Assembly: GCF_006345805.1 (NCBI RefSeq) | Contig: NC_043004.1 | Location: 81,096,001 to 81,160,000 of the forward strand | DNA length: 64,000 bases | Source of the DNA: Octopus sinensis | Lineage: Eukaryota | Reading direction: 5' to 3' | In this document: piece by piece, positions 1 through 12,140 of the stretch | How the letters are laid out: the number at the start of each line of letters is the position of its first letter | Position numbering within the stretch: position 1 is the stretch's first letter | The notes under the pieces: model-generated | Seen by the model: only the letters and a program-made list of their open reading frames with translations | Told to the model about the DNA's origin: nothing | Database searches by the model: none | Program-made: the position numbers and the translations under genes

Positions 1-112
1 TCGACAAAAGAGACTGATAGAATAAGGACAGGCATCGATTAATTCGATTAAAATTCTTCAAGATGGTGCCCCAGCTTGGCCACAGTCTAATGTCTGAAAC
101 AACAATGCGAAC

Positions 113-151
<39 letters not shown>

Positions 152-152
<1 letters not shown>

Positions 153-706
153 GGCCTGGTGCAGTACCAGGCAGTGGCCCTCGTGGCTTATAATCTTAAC
201 TGATTGGAAGTGATATCATGTACATTGTTTTGTCTTGGTATAAAAGATGGGCTACAGCAAATATTCTGCTCAATACCACAGATTTGCTTGTCAGTTGCTT
301 GACCTTAACCAGTTGAACATGTCCCTTAGTGGCTGACGATATGTGCATCTCTGATCACGAGCAGAAGTAGTGGGGGAGCATCATAGCCATGTGTTGAGAG
401 GGATTCTTTGGGGATTGAATAGTTCACCTCTGGAAACATGGGTGGTTCTTTCAACATCCTTAAACAACCCTTATTCAGGGACCTTTTGAGCGGGATGGGC
501 TACTCAACCTGAAGAAAATTCTAACTGGGCCCCACCTGTAAGCTCATGTGCTGTTTATCCTGATATGAGATCACCATGTCGAGCACATGTGGTTGTGGTG
601 CATGTGCCTAGTGTACCCTTATCAGACGAGTAGTCATGATGGGTATATTGGGCTTCGCATATTTTACCCCAGTGTCACTTTGATGGCATGGACTGCTCTC
701 TCACTC
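152..706 (+). mobile_element. ~555-bp non-coding (AAT)n-embedded interspersed element ('X'), full-length copy
   Basis: Homologous to 26410-26943 (-), 13425-14310 (+) and 52502-52830 (-). (AAT)n on both sides. Starts at the same position as the 26943 copy. Confidence 0.85.
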
Positions 707-746
<40 letters not shown>

Positions 747-919
747 TAATAATAATAATAAATAATAATAATAATAATAATTATAATAATAATAATGATA
801 ATATAATATATAATAATAATAATAATAATAATATTAATAATAATAATATAATATGTAATATAATAATAATAATAATAATAATATTATAATAATAATAATA
901 ATAAGATAATATAATAATA

Positions 920-950
<31 letters not shown>

Positions 951-973
951 TTTAATAAAATATAATAATGATG

Positions 974-1008
<35 letters not shown>

Positions 1009-1083
1009 CATAATAATAATATAATGTAATAATAATAATAATATTATAATAATAATAATGATAATATAATAATAATAATAATG

Positions 1084-1152
<69 letters not shown>
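707..1152 (+). repeat. Imperfect (AAT)n microsatellite
   Basis: Read directly; source of the poly-N/I/L ORFs in the track. Confidence 0.95.
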
Positions 1153-1153
<1 letters not shown>

Positions 1154-1157
1154 GTAA

Positions 1158-1850
1158 TCCTCCCCGCCAGAAATTACCAAAAACATATAATGAAAAGAAA
1201 CATAACAAGTAACTGTAGAATATGTGGAGATAGACAAGAAACAATATATCATGTTGTCTCAGGATGCCCAGTCCTGGATAAGAAGGAATATGCTCACAGA
1301 CACGACAGAGTTGGGACCTATATAAATTGGAAGCTATGCTAACACTATGGAATAACAACAGAAAAAAGATGGTATAAGCACACGCCAGAAAAGGTCACAG
1401 AAAATGAGTAAGCAACCATACTCTAGGATATGCCAATACACACAGACAGAGAAATTAATGCTAATAGGCCAGATATAGTTGTCAGCGATCATGAAGAAAA
1501 TTTCAATACCAACAGATAGCAACGTTTCTCTAAGAGAAATGGAGAAACTTTCAAAATACAAAGACCTGGAAATAGAGGTAATGTGGAGTCTAAAAACAGA
1601 AACAATTCGTACCATAGTGGGCGTATTAGGTATGATAAAAAAAATATTCAGACAAATACATAACAAAAACACCAGGACTAACGAAAATACATAACATAGA
1701 GAAAATAGCACTACTGGGCACTGCACACATCTTACGTAAAACACTTTAAATACAGTGAAAATAAGAGCATCACCACAAACCACAGCACATACCCAAGGCA
1801 CGCAGGTCTGCGCTCGGTAGTGCAATGAAAGGACGTGATAAAAATAAGAC
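1158..1850 (+). mobile_element. 5'-truncated, decayed R4/Dong-type LINE 3' end (CCHC + REL endonuclease + 3'UTR)
   Basis: Translates in pieces to ..RPDIVV..EMEKLSKYKDLEIEV..; aligns by eye to 52937-53660; (AAT)n tail. Confidence 0.9.
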
Positions 1851-1855
1851 AAACA

Positions 1856-1908
<53 letters not shown>

Positions 1909-1965
1909 TAATAATAATAATAATAACAACAACAACAACAACGACTACAACAACAACAATAATAA

Positions 1966-2364
1966 TACTCTTACTCTTTTACTTGTTTCAGCCATTTGAC
2001 TGTGGCCATGCTGGAGCACCGCCTTTAATCAAGCAGCTCAGCCCCGGGACTTATCCTTTGTAAGCCCAGTGCTTATTCTATCGCCCTCTTTGGCCGAACC
2101 GCTAAGTGACGGGGACATAAACACACCAGCATCGGTTTTCAAGTGATGTTAGATGGGACAAACACAAACATACACGCACACATATATATATACATGTATA
2201 CGACGGGCTTCTTTCAGTTTCCGTCTACCAAATCCACTCACAAGGCTTTGGTCGGCCCGAGGCTATAGTAGAAGACACTTGCCCAAGGTGCCACACAATG
2301 GGACTGAACTCGGAACCATGTGGTTTGCAAACAAGCTACTTACCACACAGCCACTCCTGCGCCT
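1966..2364 (-). mobile_element. tRNA-headed SINE family A
   Basis: Head GGCGCAGGAGTGGCTGTGTGGTAAG, B-box-like GTTC, CORE-like TTGGGCAAGTGTCTT, internal (TA)/(TG) tract, (GTAAAAGA)n tail. Confidence 0.9.
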
Positions 2365-2366
2365 AT

Positions 2367-2525
2367 AAGTTTCAAATTTTGGCACAAAACCAGCAATTTC
2401 GGGGGAGGGGTTAAGTCAATTACATTGACCCCAGTGTTCAACTGGTACTTATTTCATTGACCCCTGAAAGGATAAAAAGCAAAGTCGAACTCTGCGGAAT
2501 TTGAACTCAAACCCTTGAAGACGGA
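2367..2525 (-). mobile_element. SINE family B, partial (B2 tail variant)
   Basis: Body GAGTTCAAATTCC..GCTTTTTATCCTTTC..TAAGTACCAG on the - strand. Confidence 0.75.
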
Positions 2526-2706
2526 AGAAGAATATTAGCGACGACAACGACAATAACACGAATGACAACATCATTATCATAGTCAGCTGTATCAGCAATA
2601 GAGACCAACTATTATTGGGAAACTTTATAAACAAAGTTTTGGTGGGGTTGAAAAAAAATAACAACAATATACGTGTGTGTGTGTGAGTGACTGTGTGTGT
2701 GAGAGT

Positions 2707-2744
<38 letters not shown>

Positions 2745-2959
2745 CTGTGTGTGTGTGTGTGTGTGTGTGTACGTACACACACACACACACACATATAAAC
2801 TAATAATATTAATAATAGAACACAAGTACACTGTAAAGTCATCTCGAAACAAGAAATAGAAGCAGCTAACGACAACTGGAAGAAGAAGAAGAAGAAGAAC
2901 AAGAAATGGCAAGAACAGGCGAAGGGGGAATGGTAGGAGCAAATGGCAAAGGGAAATTT

Positions 2960-3248
2960 GTATCCACTTCCATTCCCCCCTCCGCCGCCTCCTCCTCCTC
3001 CTCACCGACACCCCCCACCCCGCCCCTCCCCAAGAACGGTGGTTTGACCACTGATGTTTCTGATAAGTACTCACAGGTGCTGGACAGTCAGGACGGCGCC
3101 GGTCTAGCCACCTCTCACCCTCTCTTCTCGTCTGTGAAGCTCTCCCCTCTCTCCCACTCTCTCTCTCTCTCTCTCTCTCTTATCATGTAACACCTTGTCA
3201 CTGCCTCGCTCCTTCTACCTCCCTCTCACCTATACAATCTACCTCTCT

Positions 3249-3283
<35 letters not shown>

Positions 3284-3400
3284 CTTCCTCTTTCATTTTT
3301 TCTTTTTTCTTCTTTTCTCTCGTCTGCCTGATCGTTTTACTAGGCCTCCTTCTTTCAGGACCACTTGTTACGTTTCCCTACCCCGAACTCATCACAACCC
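2960..3400. promoter_or_regulatory. GC-richer non-repetitive island, possible promoter/5' exon
   Basis: CCCCGCCCC box near 3020, several CpGs, (CT)n flanks, minus-strand GTGAGT donor at 3074-3069. Motifs only. Confidence 0.25.
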
Positions 3401-3474
3401 GTTCCTTTTCACACACACACACACACACACAAACACACACGCACACATTCACACGCGTATCATGCGCAGATATG

Positions 3475-3505
<31 letters not shown>

Positions 3506-3629
3506 ACTCTCTCCCTCTCTACGTCTCTACATCTCGCTCTCTCTCTCTCTCTCACTTTCACGCTTTGTATATTTTTCTCTCTCTTTTCTCACAATCCCAG
3601 TTTATCTTTCTGGCATTACATTTCAACGC

Positions 3630-3667
<38 letters not shown>

Positions 3668-4301
3668 CCTCTCTGACTATTAACCTCTTTCTCTTCCACT
3701 CTCTCTTCCTGTCTATCTATCTATCACTTTTTCTTTCATACTCGCTCTATCTTACTCTTTCCCTCTCTCTCTCTCTCTCTCTCACACATAGCTTGCTCTA
3801 TAACATTGTGCTGTCGTTCTTTATCTTTCACTCTTATACACACTCTCTCTCTCTCACTTCATCTGTATACACAGCTCTCTTCACACACACTCACACATTC
3901 ACACACATTCACACACACACACACACTCACATACACACGCGCGGCTACAAACATACCTTTGCACACTTTTACATACCAACACTAACTGCGAAGAGTCTAA
4001 GTAATCGACAGACCTGCTAAACGTAGCAGTCAAAACATACCGTGAAATAAAATCAACGGACTTAAATAAAGTTCACAGTCGGAAATGTCTTCGATAAACA
4101 GTAAAAGGCGGGGTGGTCACGGATGGAGCATATATGATAATAGGTCTATTCAACCAGGACTGAACCAGAGCTCAACAACAACATGTGCATACACACTCGT
4201 ACGTGATTGTATGTATGTGTATAGGTATGTGTGTGTATGTATATGCAGGTGTGTGTGTATATGTATCTGTGTGTATATGCATGTGTGTATATATGTATGT
4301 A

Positions 4302-4725
4302 TACTCTTTTACTCTTTTACTCTTTTACTTGTTTCAGTCATTTGACTGCGGCCATGCTGGAGCACCGCCTTTAATCGAGCAAAATCGACCCCGGGACTTA
4401 TTCTTTGTAAGCCCAGTACTTATTCTATCGATCTCTTTTTGCCGAACCGCTAAGTGACGGGGACGTAAACACACCAGCATCGGTTGTCAAGCAATGCTAG
4501 GGGGACAAACACAGACACACAAACATACATGCACACACACACATATATATATACATATATACGACAGGCTTCTTTCAGTTTCCGTCTCCCAAATCCACTC
4601 ACAAAGCATTGGTCGGCCCGGGGCTATAGCAGAAGACACTTGCCTAAGATGCCACGCAGTGGGACTGAACCCGGAACCATGAGGCTGGTAAGCAAGCTAC
4701 TTACCACACAGCCACTCCTGCGCCT
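4302..4725 (-). mobile_element. SINE family A, full length
   Basis: Head, internal microsatellite and tail all present. Confidence 0.92.
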
Positions 4726-4739
4726 ATGTATGTAGGTAT

Positions 4740-5060
4740 TATGTATGTATGCATGTATGTATGTTTTTATATGTCTATGTATGTACGTCATTATTCTGTT
4801 TTATGTCAAGATTTCTTACCAATAGAGAAAGAGCCGGTTTCTAATCTAGATCCAAGGTTCCCTCATTGGAATTTCAACATTAACAACAGGGTATGCATCT
4901 ATGCATGCATGTATGTATGTATGTTTTTATATTGTCTGTCTGTATGTATGAATGTACGTCATTATTCAGTTATATTTCAAGATTTCTTGCCAATAGAGAA
5001 AGGACTGGTTTGTAGCCTAGATCAAAGGACCCTTCATTGGAATTTCAGCATCAACGGGGT
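4740..5060. repeat. Diverged tandem duplication of a ~180-bp unit separated by (TATG)n
   Basis: GTACGTCATTATT..CAAGATTTCTT..CCAATAGAGAAAG..CATTGGAATTTCA occurs twice. Confidence 0.85.
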
Positions 5061-5118
5061 ATGTTGTATGAATGTATGTATGTACATGCGTACGTATGTA
5101 TGTATGTATGTATGTATG

Positions 5119-5149
<31 letters not shown>

Positions 5150-5269
5150 GTATATGTACAGATTTCTATATTTTGTTTTATGTATATATTCTCATACATA
5201 TAGTTACATGCTCGTATTATACATAAATGATAAACTTCTAGAAGCGATGTTGGGGGACAAACACAGACA

Positions 5270-6210
5270 CGCAAATTCCACTGGGGTCGACATTGCCTTT
5301 CATCCTTTCAGAGTCGATACATTAAGTACCAGTTGCGTGTACTGGGTCGATCTAATCGATGGCTCCTACACCCACAAAAAAAAAAAAAAAATTGGGCTTT
5401 GTGCCTAGAGTTGAAAAGAATATTTGGCTGGTTATGAGTTGGGAGATACGTTAGCACGCCGGGCGAAATGCTTAGTGGTATTTCGTCTGCCGTTACGTTC
5501 TGAGTTCAAATTCCGCCGAGGTTGACTTTGCCTTTCATCCTTTCGGGGTCGATTAAATAAGTACCAGTTACGCACTGGGGTCGATGTAACCGACTTAATC
5601 CGTGTGTCTGTCCTTGTTTGTACCTTCTGTGTTTAGCCCCTTGTGGGTCGTAAAGAAATAGGTATTTCGTCTGCTTTGTGGTATTTCGTCGCCGCTGCGT
5701 TCTGAATTCAAATTCCGCCGCGGTCGACTTTGTCTTTCATCCTTTCGGAGTCGATTAAATAAGTACCAGTTACGCACTGGGGTCGATTTAATCGACTTAA
5801 TTATTTTGTCTCTTTGTTTAGCCCCTTGTGGGTAGTAAAGAAATAGGAATTTTGTCTGCCGTTACGTTCTGAGTTGAAATTCCGCCGAGGTCGACTTTGC
5901 CTTTCATCATTTCGGGGTCGATAAATTAGGTACCAGTTACGCACTGGGGTCGATATAATCGACTTAATCCCTTTGTCTGTCCTTGTTTGTCCCCCTTTAT
6001 TTTTAGCCCTTGTGGGCAATAAAGAAATAAGAAACGTTAGCACACCAGGCAAAATGATTACCGCTTTTCATCTGCCTATGAGTTCTGAGTTCAAATTCCA
6101 CCGGGGCGACTTTGCCTTTCATCCTTTCAGGATCGATAAATTAAGTACTACTTGCGTACAGGGGCCGATCTAATCGACTGGCCCCGCTCTCAAAAAACTT
6201 CGGGCTTGAT
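5270..6210 (+). mobile_element. Cluster/tandem array of SINE family B bodies
   Basis: About five repeats of GAGTTCAAATTCCGCCGAGGTCGACTTTGCCTTTCATCCTTTCGGGGTCGA with B1 or B2 tails. Confidence 0.9.
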
Positions 6211-6289
6211 AGTTATTTTATTTTGTAAGTTCCACCAATAAGTTTTTGAGCCATCGGCTTCAACATAGTCAACATCGTCTGTAGGTGTT

Positions 6290-6625
6290 TTTTTTTTCTT
6301 TTGTTATCTTTTCACAGACTGTTCCGGTCACCGCATCATGCCTCGTAGGACAATAGTACCCTGAAGATATTCGCTCAGTTGGCAACAGCGTGGTTGATGC
6401 CTTCTGCATTTATTGTCTGTCAATGTTTTCTGCTTTTATGATGTAGGTACTTGGTGGAAATCTCTTCATTTTGAATTGCCTGGAAGTAGCCTTCGAAGTG
6501 GGAGATCATGAAATTTTCGGTTCTCCATGCCAAGTTTTTTTTAATGAACAATTCCTTCTATAGTTTGTATTTTTCGTGCTAAAGTATCCACGTAGTACCT
6601 TCTCAGTAAACTGATCCATTTATTC
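6290..6625 (-). pseudogene. Old R4/Dong-type LINE ORF fragment (pre-CCHC/CCHC region), distinct lineage
   Basis: Hand translation across frames gives EKVLRGYF, SHFEGYFQAIQNEEISTKYL, DNKCR..INH, YYCPTRHDAV. This parallels the CRIC..INH..RHD block of the 53099-53677 ORF. Confidence 0.65.
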
Positions 6626-6652
6626 TGCATGTTTGTGTATGTATGTATGCAT

Positions 6653-6816
6653 AGGCGCAGGAGTGGCTGTGTGGTAAGTAGCTTGCTTACCAGCTACATG
6701 GCTCCGAGTTCAGTCCCACTGCGTGGCATCTTGGGCAAGTGTCTTCTACTATAGCCTCGGGCCAAGCAAAGCCCTGTGAGTGGATTTGGTAGACGGAAAC
6801 TGAAAGAAAACCGTCG

Positions 6817-6864
<48 letters not shown>

Positions 6865-7076
6865 TTATATGTGCGTGTATGTTTGTGTGTCTATGTTTGT
6901 CCCCCTAGCATTGCTTGACAACCGATGCTGGTGTGTTTACATCCCCGTCACTTAGCGGTTCGGCAAAAAGGAACGATAGAACATAGAATAAGTCCCGGGG
7001 TCGAGTTGCTCGAATAAAAGCGGTGCTCCAGCATGGCCGCAGTCAAATGACTGAAACAAGTAAAATAGTAAAGAGA
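6653..7076 (+). mobile_element. SINE family A, full length
   Basis: Head through tail present; (TA)n core. Confidence 0.9.
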
Positions 7077-8029
7077 GTATGCATGTGTGTATGTATGTAT
7101 GTATGCATGCATGTATGTATGTATGTATGTATGTATGTATGTATGTATGTATGCATGTATGTATGTATACATCGGAGGCAACACCAGGTCATCAGCGTCA
7201 CTCGGGCTCATCACAGATTTCACCCCAAATGGCTTATTTTTTTATATCTAGCTCTACGTCTTACTCCATTTCTAAGTTAAGAGTAAAAATAAAGCAACCC
7301 TGCAAAAACACAACTGATCTTTTACACACAGACGCACAAAATAACAGCAATCAAATAACGACAGCGGAGTACACAACAAACATCAGCGATCTGATTGTCT
7401 CCTGTACTCTTAACAAGAGATGCCAGTTAGTCTTTTTTCATCAACCAGGCTCGTTCGTATTAGCCCGAGTTGCTGCATAATTTTTCGTTCCTTTAAGAAT
7501 ATTGAAGAACGGAAACTTTTTATAGTTTGGAATTTAAATCCTAATCTCTGTAGAAATTTATTGTTTCAAGAAAACATTGAATTTGAATTACTTTTAATTT
7601 TTACGATTATAGATAAGAACTCGGGCTGTAACTCGAGCCCGAGTCAGGCGTGTTTAAACAAACGATATTTCTTGACACAGGGCACCTTCTAAGACAACCA
7701 CCAAATACTGAACAAAAGTAAAGGGAATGCAACCAGGCTCAATAAAAGGAACCCGATCTATTGGCTGCAATTACATACTTGAAGTCAGTGTTGGCAGAAA
7801 TTAAATCAGCTTGCAAATACACGTTCAGTTTACTAAATTTATACTCGGACTAAGCCCGAACGACCCAAGTGCCTCAGCCGCCATTGGTATGTATGCATTG
7901 ATGCATGTATATATGATTGCGATCGACAAAAATTGCAATCATTACACGTTGGTAATTCCTTGCGCCGTACTTGTAGTTTCAGCTGCGTTCGATATTTGTG
8001 TATGTGTATGCGTACATATAGAGATGTGT

Positions 8030-8062
<33 letters not shown>

Positions 8063-8557
8063 TGCATATGTGTTTGCGTGTGTGTGTCTGTGTGCATGTG
8101 TGTGTGTGTGCGTGTGTGTGCATGTGTGTATGCGTGTGTGGCGGGTGCTTGTGCGTGTGTACGGGCATGTGTGTGCGTCTGTGTTTGTATGTGTGCGCGT
8201 GTGTATACATGGGTGTGTGTGTTTGTGTGTGTTTGTGTGTGTGTGTAATATTATGGATCAATGGGTGTATGTTGATTAGTGCGTTGAAGTGTTGAGTAAA
8301 GCACTAATACTGTTGGGGGCTACCTGGTGTCATCCGCAGTTAGGAAATATTCCGTCCGATCTACTTCAGGAATTCCTGAGTCTTAGTTGAAATAACAAGT
8401 AATTGATTAAGTAACTAGGAGATGGATTTGGCATTAATCTTTTTTGTACTAATACCAAATCCATCTGATTACTTAATTAATTACTAATACACACACACAC
8501 ACACACACAGAGATTTCTTATACGAAATGTACTTGTTTACATTTTAAAACGGTCTCT

Positions 8558-8964
8558 TTTACTCTTTTATACTCTTTTACTTGTTTCAGTCATTTGACTG
8601 CGGCCATGCTGGAGCACCGCCTTTAATCGAACAACTCGACCCCGGGACTTATTCTTTTGTAAGCCCAGTTCTTACCTATCGGTCTCTTTTGCCGAACCGC
8701 TAAGTAACGGGGACATAAACACACCAGCATCGGTTGTCAAGCAATACTAGGGGGACAAACACAGACACACAAACACACATACATATATATATACATATAT
8801 ACGACAGGCTTCTTTCAGTTTCCGTCTCCCAAATCCACTCACAAGGCTTTGGTCGGCCCGAGGCTATAGTAGAAGACATTTGCCCAAGGTGCCACGCAGT
8901 GGGACTGAACCCGGAACCATGTGGTTGGTTAGCAAGCTACTTACCACACAGCCACTCCTGCGCC
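8558..8964 (-). mobile_element. SINE family A, full length
   Basis: Near-identical to the 4302-4725 copy. Confidence 0.92.
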
Positions 8965-9441
8965 TATGTTACGATAGTATATAAGTGAGAAATGTCTTAG
9001 TATTATGACGTCATATTTACGTTATCATTTGTTTTTTTATCGCAGAAGAACTTCTGTTTCCTTACGTAAAAGTTTTTAAATTAAACTTTCATTACAGTAA
9101 GGTAACAAGCGGTGTGTCGAACAAATGTTAGGTTGTATCAAATAAGAACATCACCCATTGGCGTCAACTTCAGGACATCAAACACTTTCGATACTAACTT
9201 ACAAACACAAAAATTAATATTTATTTCCGATCATCAACATTTATATTGACTTTCGATACTTGAGGAACCGATATCAATTTTCTAATATTACTTTAGTTTC
9301 TCTATAAGTTTGATTTCTGCACATGGTGTTTGGGTGGTTTTAATAGAATCCATATTGTAATCTTTGGGGTCAGTTTTTCGTTTATAGTATGAAACTTTCT
9401 CTTGTTCTTCTTTCTGTCTGAGGCCCCGAACCCGCAAGAAA

Positions 9442-9985
9442 ATGGGTGCAATCCTTACCCCTCTTATGATTAGAGAAAGACAAGAAGAGTTAGAGTCATC
9501 GGCTCCGAAAGATAAACCTCTGATATCGCCTCCTGAAAATCAATCAGCAAAATCGAATACCCCGAATAAACCACCAATATTGACAGTTACTAATCAAACA
9601 TTGATATCAATTCTCGGATATCAACCCATATCAAATCTAGAAAATCAAACCTCCCTATCGATCTTTCAACATCAACCAATAATAGAAGCGTTTAAACAAC
9701 TACGACCATCAATGTTAGCGAACATTCAAAATCATCCTTTGATAGAGTCTTTCCAAAATCAACCAATTACATCCTACTTTGGATATGAAGCCCTGAAATC
9801 GCCACGTGAAAAGTCAACCTCTAATATCTACCGTTCAGCATCAACCGCCGATATCATAACATGAACAGCATCCAAATCGATATCTTCAGTGTGGGAAGAC
9901 ACACAAAAGACGTAAACGCCAGGTATCGACTGCAACCGGAAACTTAGTAAAGAAAAATTTTAAAAAAATGAAAGATGAGGAATAA
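9442..9985 (+). pseudogene. Non-microsatellite ORF with Q-P-I quasi-repeats, apparently frameshifted near 9810; identity unknown
   Basis: 140-aa ORF (NQTLISILGYQPI/QHQPII/QNHPLI/QNQPIT). The motif continues in another frame (SQPLISTVQHQPPIS*HEQHP..HKRRKRQ..DEE*). Confidence 0.35.
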
Positions 9986-10419
9986 ACGTGTCTCTAATTC
10001 GGGTTAGAAGTTGTTGGTGAGAATTCTTAAAGATAAAATGGACCTCTGTCCCATGGTTTGAAACACCTTGTCATTGCAAAATTCCAATCATAAAATTTGT
10101 ATTTCGTATATGAAATGTACCCAAAGAAATACAATAGCATATAGGTGACCCAACATTGTTCATAAAGAATGGATTTCGAAGTGATTTTGTGACTTGTTAA
10201 CCGATAGGCGTGGCTGTGTGGTAAGAAGCTTGCTTCACAACCACAAGGTTCCGGGTTCAGTTCCACTGCTTGGCGCCTTGGGCAAATGTTTTCTATAGCC
10301 TCGGGTTGACTAAAATTTAAGATCATGCTTGCATCATTATCATTCATCCCATTAAATGTCTGTGTTCAGCCCGCAAGCTTCTCTCTGTGTGCTGCCCTTG
10401 TGGCAAATTAAATGAAATA

Positions 10420-10805
10420 AAGAAGCTTGCTTCCCAACCACATGGTTCTGGGTTCAGTCCCACTGCGGGGCACCTTGGGCAAGTATCTTCTACTATAGCT
10501 TCGGGCCGACCAAAGCCTTGTGAGCGGATTTGGTAGACGGAAACTGAAAGAAGCTCGTTTTATATATGTATATATGTATCCATATATGTGTGTGTCTTTG
10601 TGTCTGTGTTTGTCCCTTACCACCACTTGACAACCGATGTTAGTGTATTTACGTCCCCGTACTTAGCGGTTCATCAAAAGAGACCCATAGAATAAGTATT
10701 AAGCTTACAAAAATAAGTCCTGGCGTCGATTTGTTCGATTAAAACCCTTCAAGGCAGTACTCCAGCATGGCTGCAATTAAATGACCGAAGCAAATAAAAA
10801 TTAAA
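10420..10805 (+). mobile_element. SINE family A, slightly 5'-truncated; separate head fragment at ~10205-10320
   Basis: Body and tail match family A. Confidence 0.85.
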
Positions 10806-11188
10806 CGAATATACATACATACATACATACATACATACATACATACATACATACATACATACATACATACATACATACATACATAATACATACATACATA
10901 TGGGATATGTAACACACTGCCTAAATACCAATCTTGAGAAATTAGTCTTCTCAAGACCAGAAAGGAGAATGCTAGCTAATTCGAAATATATAAATCTAAG
11001 TCATCGCTAGATGTGTGAAAACTTGTAAAACTTTCCAGAGGTTTAGCATTTAAGTATGCGCATGTATGTGTAGCATTAAATTATATATATATTGATAGAA
11101 ATGGTAAGATAAAAGAATGAAAGAGACCTCGATATAACTCGGAGCTTTATCATGGCTACCGAATAATTGTTACATATTATATTTACAG

Positions 11189-11268
<80 letters not shown>

Positions 11269-11283
11269 ATGTATGTATGTATG

Positions 11284-11314
<31 letters not shown>

Positions 11315-11664
11315 TATTAAAAATAAGAGTGAAAAATTGAATATTAATTTGATTAATATCAATTTAAAACCAGTTGTCTAGCATATTTAAAAATCTGAAG
11401 TTTCAGAAAAATTATATTGCATACTTATAAAAGGGATGCGTGCAGCATGGCCGTATGGGCAAGAAGTTCGCTTCACAACCACAAAGTTTCGGGTTCGATA
11501 CCATTGCTTGGCACTTTGGGCGTTTTCTATAGCTTAGGATTGACCCATACTTTGTAAGTGGCATTAGGTTGATAGAAAATGCATAGAAGCCTTTTCACGG
11601 GATATACCTGTAATTCAGAAGTCACTGCATTGTCACAAGCATTCGGACTGGGAATAGTTACATT

Positions 11665-11847
11665 AAGGAGTGGCTGTGTGGTAAGTAGCATTGTTTACCA
11701 ACCACATGGCTCCGGGTTCAGTCCCACTGCGTGGCACCTTGGGCAAGTGTCTTCTATAGCCTCGGGACGACCAAAGCCTTGTGAGTGCATTTGGTAGACG
11801 GAAACTGAAAAGAAGCCCGTCGTATATATGTATATATATATATATAT

Positions 11848-11918
<71 letters not shown>

Positions 11919-12140
11919 ATATACATATATATATGCGTGTTGTGTTTGTCCCCCTAGCATTGCTTGACAACCGATGCTGGTGTGTTATGTCCCCATTACT
12001 TAGCGGTTCGACAAAAAGAGACCGATAGAATAAGTACTGGGCTTACAAAAGAATAAGTCTCGGGGTCGAGTTGCTCGATTAAAGGCGGTGCTCCAGCATG
12101 GCCGCAGTTAAATGACTGAAGCAAGTAAAAGAGAGTAGAG
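11665..12140 (+). mobile_element. SINE family A with expanded internal (TA)n
   Basis: Head GAGTGGCTGTGTGGTAAG, ~110-bp TA tract, family tail. Confidence 0.88.

Noticed and set aside
152-230. HDV-like ribozyme at the 5' end of element X
   Set aside because: Partial P1/P2/P3 pairings can be drawn, but there is no P1.1 GG and the P3-P1 junction is wrong.
587-1358. Poly-N/I/L/Y ORFs (also 26891-27670, 27918-28340, 33196-33816, 34782-35250, 46035-47255)
   Set aside because: They are translations of microsatellites that lack stops in some frames.
2906-3190. 94-aa plus-strand ORF as a host gene
   Set aside because: Low-complexity, ends in a (CT)n read-through, and has no recognisable domain.
4484-4735. 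Recurrent ORFs such as MSSNARGTNT.., MLGGQTQT.., MRNWYL.., MTTDAGV..
   Set aside because: They are read-throughs of SINE A/B copies; recurrence reflects the repeat, not a gene family.
6285-6450. Strong plus-strand splice acceptor (poly-Y + CAG at 6317)
   Set aside because: All three frames stop soon after, and the tract is explained by an A-rich part of the minus-strand LINE relic.
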